A stretch of 64,000 nt of DNA from the NCBI GenBank assembly GCA_963709345.1, contig CAVPVX010000004.1, forward strand, positions 200,914 through 264,913, written 5' to 3'. The position numbers were made by a program, and so were the translations under genes. Source of the stretch: an uncultured Actinomycetes bacterium (GTDB lineage: Bacteria; Actinomycetota; Thermoleophilia; UBA2241). The notes under the pieces were generated by a model, which saw only the letters and a program-made list of their open reading frames with translations, was not told the origin of the DNA and did not search any database. This document shows, one piece after another, positions 59,466 to 64,000 of this stretch (the first letter of the stretch is position 1; each line of letters opens with the position of its first letter).

Positions 59466-59957
59466 GTGGCTCGCATGCTGATGATCCTCACGTACGTAAC
59501 CGGCGCCGTGGGTGTGGCGGTGGCCTTCTACTATTTGGGAGACGACGACAAGGCCGCGCTCACCGCGCTCACCCTTGCGTACGCGGTCGTCATTGGCCTG
59601 TTGAGCTGGTTCCGCCACGTCCTCGCGTGGCGGGAGGACGCCAAGCGCCTGGATGCGGACACGCAGGCGACGCCGTTCTTCCAGTGGGAGGTGGGCTTCG
59701 CCAATGGCGCCTTTGCCGTGGCCGGCCTCATGGCGGTCGTCTTCCACTGGGGAGTCGCCGCCATGGCGGCGGTGGTTCTGGGATACGCGGTCTATCTGCT
59801 GCAGGCGGCGGTCCTGAACGGGCGCCGCTACTTCAGCGGCGAGAGTCGTACGCCGGCGCGACTGTGGGGCAGCTTCGTCGCCAACGCCGCGCTCTGCATC
59901 CTGGTGGGTGTGATCGCCTTCACCGCTCTCGCCAACGCCGGGCTCGGGCCGTTCTGA
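59466..59957 (+). CDS. membrane protein of unknown function (about 163 aa, 4 TM)
   Basis: VARMLMILTYVTGAVGVAVAFYYL... has four hydrophobic helices. It lies 137 nt downstream of the activase-like gene on the same strand. RBS AAAGGGG. Confidence 0.5.
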   Translation: MARMLMILTYVTGAVGVAVAFYYLGDDDKAALTALTLAYAVVIGLLSWFRHVLAWREDAKRLDADTQATPFFQWEVGFANGAFAVAGLMAVVFHWGVAAMAAVVLGYAVYLLQAAVLNGRRYFSGESRTPARLWGSFVANAALCILVGVIAFTALANAGLGPF

Positions 59958-59991
59958 GCCTGGGGTACGGGCAGGCGCGTCCGGCGCTTGA

Positions 59992-60330
59992 CTAGATAGC
60001 CTGTACCGGCCTCTCCCCGCGGAGCCGCTCACCGAGCGCCGACGCGGCGTCTTCCACGGCCGTCGGGCCTTCACATCCCGCGGGCACCCGGAAAGCCGCC
60101 AAGAGGGCCGCGCCGAGCAGACCGGCTCTCGCGATGGTGAGGAACGAGCCGCGACCACCGAGCGTGTCGAGCGCCCACCCTCCGAGCGGCGGGCCGAGGG
60201 CATAGCCGCCCGTGCACATGAGGGTCCAGAGGCCCATGTAGCGGCCGCGCATGGTCGTCGGGGCCAGACTCGAAGCCAAGGTCGCGGAGATGGGGATCGG
60301 CAGCACGATACCGAAGCTGAGGGTGACGAC
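59992..60330 (-). pseudogene. C-terminal remnant of an MFS transporter
   Basis: ORF 59992..60504 ends with the last 3 TM helices of an MFS protein (MRGRYMGLWTLMCTGGYALGPPLGGWALDTLGGRGSFL...LLGAALLAAF). Its upstream portion is Arg/Ala junk and the pirin gene occupies the space on the other strand. Confidence 0.4.
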
Positions 60331-60625
60331 GCAGGCCGGCGTCCAGGGCCGGGGGGCGGCGGCGGCGCCCGAGCCTGTCGCAGCGCGCGCCGCCGACCAC
60401 CTGCATCGGGAGTGTCGCGACAGACCGCGAAGATCGGTCATGACGCCTGCGATGGACCCTCGCGGCACGGTGCGTCCCCCTCCCGCATGCGTGCGCCGAC
60501 TCATGGTAGCCGCCGCCGGCTTGCCGGGCGACTCCCGCGGCGGGGCAGGCGACGACGGTGGCGGTTCCGTCGACGGCGTGCAGGGAAGGCTGGCGCCAGA
60601 GACGTTCGCACGAGGGAGGCTGAGG

Positions 60626-61558
60626 ATGAGCTACGAAGCACGCGGGGTCGAGCGCGTCGTCGAACCCCAGCCCGTGATGGAGGGCGCCGGGGTCCGCCTC
60701 AAGCGGAGCATCGCGACAGCGGCGCTCGACTACGTCGACCCGTTCCTCCTGTTCGACCACTTCGGCTCCGACGACCCGGACGACTACCTGGCCGGCTTTC
60801 CATGGCACCCGCACCGCGGCATCGAGACCGTGACCTACATGCTGGCCGGCGAGGTCGATCACCGGGACAGCATCGGCAACGCCGGCAGGATAGGTCCCGG
60901 CGACGTGCAGTGGATGACGGCCGGCGGGGGCATCATGCACGAGGAGATGCCGCGGCCGGGCCCGGACCGGCGCATGGGCGGCTTCCAGCTCTGGGTGAAC
61001 CTGCCCGCCGCGCTCAAGATGACCCGGCCGCGGTACCAGGACCTCGCCGCCGCGCAGATCCCTGAGGTCCGGAGGGACGACGGGACCGTCGTGCGCGTCG
61101 TCGCCGGCGCCGTGGACGGCGTGCGCGGCGCGGTGACGGGGATCCACGCCGAGCCCGAGTATCTGGATGTCTCTGTGCCGGCCGGGGCGGCGTTCGCCCA
61201 ACCCGTGCCACGCGGGCACGTGGCTCTCGCCTACGCCTTCGAGGGCGAGGGGCGCTTCGGTACGGGCTGCGACCTCGGTCATCGCGGCGACCTCGATGGG
61301 GATCTGCTGATCGCCCCCCGCCTGGCCGTCTTCGGCGACGGCGACGAGGTCCGCGTGGCGGCCGACACCGGCCCGGTGCGGTTTCTGCTGATCAGCGGGA
61401 GGCCTTTGGGAGAGCCGATCGCCCGCTACGGCCCGTTCGTGATGAACACGCGCACGGAGATCGAGACGGCGCTGAAAGACCTGCGCAGCAACACCTTCGT
61501 CTGGCGCGACGACCCGGTGTGGGCGCTCGAGCGAAGCACGCGGCGGGTCGACGGCTGA
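60626..61558 (+). CDS. pirin-family (bicupin) protein
   Basis: Pirin motifs: GFPWHPHRGIETVTYMLAGE...H, and QLWVNLP. RBS GAGGGAGG before the ATG at 60626. Confidence 0.85.
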   Translation: MSYEARGVERVVEPQPVMEGAGVRLKRSIATAALDYVDPFLLFDHFGSDDPDDYLAGFPWHPHRGIETVTYMLAGEVDHRDSIGNAGRIGPGDVQWMTAGGGIMHEEMPRPGPDRRMGGFQLWVNLPAALKMTRPRYQDLAAAQIPEVRRDDGTVVRVVAGAVDGVRGAVTGIHAEPEYLDVSVPAGAAFAQPVPRGHVALAYAFEGEGRFGTGCDLGHRGDLDGDLLIAPRLAVFGDGDEVRVAADTGPVRFLLISGRPLGEPIARYGPFVMNTRTEIETALKDLRSNTFVWRDDPVWALERSTRRVDG

Positions 61559-61846
61559 CGGAGCCGATGAGAGCGCCGCTGCGGCCCAGGGCCGGAGCCC
61601 GGCGAGGCGGTGCCTGTCGCCCGTCGATCCGGCGGCGGCGACCGCTCGAGATAGAGGCTCGCGTCGCGCAGGACCAGTTCGGCGACCACCGGCCAGTGAT
61701 CGGACGGCAGGCGGCTGCCGGGACGCGTGTGTCGATGTGTGCGCAGAGCACCCGCCAGTGGGGCGTCACAAGGATGTGGTCCGATGCGCGTCCCTGCGGC
61801 TGCGCAGGCCTGAGTCGCGCCTCCTGACGGTCTCCCGCCGCCCGAT

Positions 61847-62278
61847 TCACGTCGGGAAGTGGTCCGTGTACGAGGCCGTCCCGCTCCGTTCGCTCGGGTT
61901 CTCGCCGGCCGGTCGATGCCGGGCGCGGCCCTCGGCAGCCGCCATCACCCTCTCCTCGTCCGGCGTCGGTCTCCCGATCTCGTTGCCGCTGCGCTCCACG
62001 TAGTCCTTGAAGATCACGAGGTCGTGTTCGAGCTGGCCCTCGAGGACATCCTCGGCGGGTCCGCCGGGCTCCGGCGCCAGGCTGAAGGTCACGGCCGTGA
62101 AGCCTGCCGCCGACGGCTCGAAGCTCACGAGTCCGGCGCGCACGGCATCGACACAGGCGAGCTCGTCGCAGGCCAGTCGGCTCGGGCCGTGATGCGCCCA
62201 CTCGATGAATCGCGACCACGTCGCGGCCACCACCGACGGCGCTGCCAGGACTTCCATCTGTTTGCTGATGGTGGCCAT
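61847..62278 (-). CDS. SRPBCC (polyketide-cyclase/START-like) family protein
   Basis: MATISKQMEVLAAPSVVAATWSRFIEWAHH... has the typical N-terminal beta-strand/Trp pattern of SRPBCC/Bet v1-fold proteins. Confidence 0.5.
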   Translation of the reverse strand: MATISKQMEVLAAPSVVAATWSRFIEWAHHGPSRLACDELACVDAVRAGLVSFEPSAAGFTAVTFSLAPEPGGPAEDVLEGQLEHDLVIFKDYVERSGNEIGRPTPDEERVMAAAEGRARHRPAGENPSERSGTASYTDHFPT

Positions 62279-62435
62279 GGAGTCTCCGTTCCCTGCTTCC
62301 TTGTGAGGACATCCGTTCTTCATCTGAATACCCCTAGGGGAATGCCGGGAATCCTGCTCGCTGCATCGAGCGGCGGCGGGGCGCCCGCCGGGCGCCCCGC
62401 CGCCGCTCGTGATTCGTCTCGAGACGCGACGAGGC

Positions 62436-62942
62436 CTAGTTCGCCTCCTTCGCCGCCTCCTTGAGATGCTTCTGCAGATCCTTGCTCTCCATGTCGATCT
62501 CGCGCGTGACCTGCTTGCGGGCCTTCTTGAGCGCCTTCTCGACGTACGCCTGCATCGCCGACTCGCCGACCACGATCAGCGCCGCCTCGCCGTCGTCGAT
62601 GAACTCGCCGAGTTCCATGACGTCCTTGCGCGACATGCCCTTCCACATGTGGCCGATCACGCCGCCGAGGAGGCCGCCCGCGGCCGCGCCGACGAGGAGA
62701 CCTGGCGGGAAGATGATGCCGACCACGGCTCCGACCGCGACGCCCGTCCAGGCGCCGTGCTGGGTCGGCTTCTCATGCTTGTTCACGTGCACCTTGCCGT
62801 GCTCGTCCTTGGTGAGGACGGCGGCGTCGTAGGTGCCGATCATCTTTTCCTTGTGAAGCGCCTTGACGGCCTCGTAATCCTCCTGCGCGTCTTCAGGCGT
62901 GTCGTACGTCGCGATGTACAAGAAGACTGGTTCGTCTGCCAT
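62436..62942 (-). CDS. DUF1269-like glycine-zipper membrane/stress protein
   Basis: N-terminal soluble domain (FLYIATYDTPEDAQEDYEAVKALH) plus glycine-zipper helices (GVAVGAVVGIIFPPGLLVGAAAGGLLGGVIG) and a Lys-rich C-terminus. Confidence 0.65.
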   Translation of the reverse strand: MADEPVFLYIATYDTPEDAQEDYEAVKALHKEKMIGTYDAAVLTKDEHGKVHVNKHEKPTQHGAWTGVAVGAVVGIIFPPGLLVGAAAGGLLGGVIGHMWKGMSRKDVMELGEFIDDGEAALIVVGESAMQAYVEKALKKARKQVTREIDMESKDLQKHLKEAAKEAN

Positions 62943-63114
62943 GCATGACTCCTTTGTCTCCGGGCGGCCGCCGTCCGGCGGCCTCGTCCCGCTTGCCTGG
63001 TAGACCCGACCCTTCCCCTTCGACGATCGACTAACCGTGGCCGCCGTTGGTTTGGCCGCAGCCCATCCCGGCCACCGTACTGCCTGAGGGGGAGGAGGGA
63101 CCGTCCGTCAGATC

Positions 63115-64000
63115 ATGAAGCGACCCGACGCTCAGCCGGCAGAGGAGAACACGATCGCGGTCGAAGCGATGCCCGCGCGGGCGCACGCGCCAGCGTCGGG
63201 ATCACGCGTGCTGTTCCTCGGGCACGCGTCGACGGTCATCGAGATGGATGGCGTGCGCCTGGTCACCGATCCAGTGCTCCGGCGGCTCGTGGGCCCGCTC
63301 TACCGCCGCGTCCCGCAGCCGCTCAGGGAGCCGATGGTCGACCCCGACGCCATCCTCATCTCCCATCTGCACCTCGACCACTACGATCCGCGGTCCTTGC
63401 GGCTCTTCCGTCGCGACACGCCGGTGCTGGCGCCGGTGGGCGCCGGGCTGTCACTGCACTGGCGAGGCTTTCGCTGCATCCACGAGGTCAGCCCCGGAGA
63501 ACGACTGCGCATCGGCGCCGTCGAGGTGGTCGTGACCGATGCCCGGCATCGCGGCACGCGCCACCCCTTGGCGGCGCGGACGCCGAGTGTCGGCTACATC
63601 GTGACGGGGAGCCGGAGCGTCTACTTCGCCGGTGACACCGGCTTCTTCTCCGGCATCGCCGACGTCTGGCCGGAGCGCCTGGATCTGGCCATGCTGCCGA
63701 TCGCCGGCATCGGGCCGCTCATGCCGGAGTTCAAGCACATGAGCCCGCGTCACGCGGTCATGGCCATGGAGTTGCTGCGCCCGCGTCTCGTGGTGCCGAT
63801 CCACTGGGGGACCTACCATCTGCCCGGCACCGCCATCATGCGGATGCGCCCGGACTTTCACCGCCGGGCGCCGTACGTGTTCATGGCGCAGGCCGCGTCG
63901 CTCGAGCCGGACGTCCACACAGTGCTGCTCCGGCCAGGCGAGACTCTGCCGCTCGACGCAGTGCTCAGCAGCCACCCCGGACGCGTTGCCCGCGGCGCGC
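63115..64000 (+). CDS. MBL-fold metallo-hydrolase (3-prime partial, runs off the window)
   Basis: An unlisted frame-1 ORF is open from ATG 63115 to the window end: VLFLGHASTVIEMDGVRLVTDP...ILISHLHLDHYD (HxHxDH motif) ...YFAGDTGFF...VPIHWGTY. The listed ORFs 63248..63535 and 63451..63975 are spurious alternatives. Confidence 0.65.
   Translation, partial: MKRPDAQPAEENTIAVEAMPARAHAPASGSRVLFLGHASTVIEMDGVRLVTDPVLRRLVGPLYRRVPQPLREPMVDPDAILISHLHLDHYDPRSLRLFRRDTPVLAPVGAGLSLHWRGFRCIHEVSPGERLRIGAVEVVVTDARHRGTRHPLAARTPSVGYIVTGSRSVYFAGDTGFFSGIADVWPERLDLAMLPIAGIGPLMPEFKHMSPRHAVMAMELLRPRLVVPIHWGTYHLPGTAIMRMRPDFHRRAPYVFMAQAASLEPDVHTVLLRPGETLPLDAVLSSHPGRVARGA

Noticed and set aside
63248-63975. ORFs 63248..63535 (+) and 63451..63975 (-)
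   Set aside because: Both overlap an MBL-fold hydrolase gene in frame 1 (ATG 63115) that remains open to the window end and carries an HLHLDH motif. The listed ORFs have no recognisable motifs.

Overview
This 64 kb window is a high-GC (about 70%) bacterial chromosomal segment, actinobacterial-like in its RBS usage (GGAGG-type) and gene content. It is gene-dense on both strands; high GC generates many long spurious ORFs, mostly antisense and rich in Arg, Pro and Ala. I call about 55 protein-coding genes and no rRNA, tRNA, CRISPR or transposase.

The supportable genes include:
- Transport and regulation: two MFS transporters, an EamA transporter, an OmpR/HK pair, a hybrid PAS histidine kinase next to a receiver-PAS-HD-GYP regulator, a MASE1-GGDEF cyclase, and PadR and TetR regulators.
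- Metabolism and housekeeping: glpK, thrC, a class-III aminotransferase, an FAD oxidoreductase, pirin, UspA, a TatD-like hydrolase, an aldo/keto reductase, a GT1 glycosyltransferase, and a PHP-domain protein.
- Sulfur and Fe-S: a TusA-DsrE-NifS-NifU(fusion) operon.
- Secreted and surface: a secreted papain-family C1 protease, a type-IV-pilin-like protein with a lectin-like domain, and a lipoprotein with five chagasin-like (I42) protease-inhibitor domains.
- A 1,520-aa CoA-enzyme-activase-like giant protein.

The most unusual items are:
- A small-protein family I do not recognise, present in three copies within 16 kb. It has an MLC N-terminus and two internal helix-strand repeats, and its copies flank a DUF1847 gene and an orphan 2-oxoacid:ferredoxin oxidoreductase beta/delta fusion.
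- A 43-nt perfect palindrome plus a 16-bp palindrome in a divergent promoter region.
- A GC hairpin that recurs, 25 of 26 nt identical, as a terminator at two convergent gene ends.
- Many frame disruptions and gene remnants: a rubrerythrin with at least three frameshifts; a GltD/NfnB-like gene with at least five frame breaks; a frameshifted DUF1847 gene; a transglycosylase broken at a G7 homopolymer; a sensor kinase with a scrambled PAS segment; and lysA-like, modA-like and MFS fragments. These point either to genuine gene decay or to indel-prone sequencing. Coordinates of the disrupted genes are approximate.
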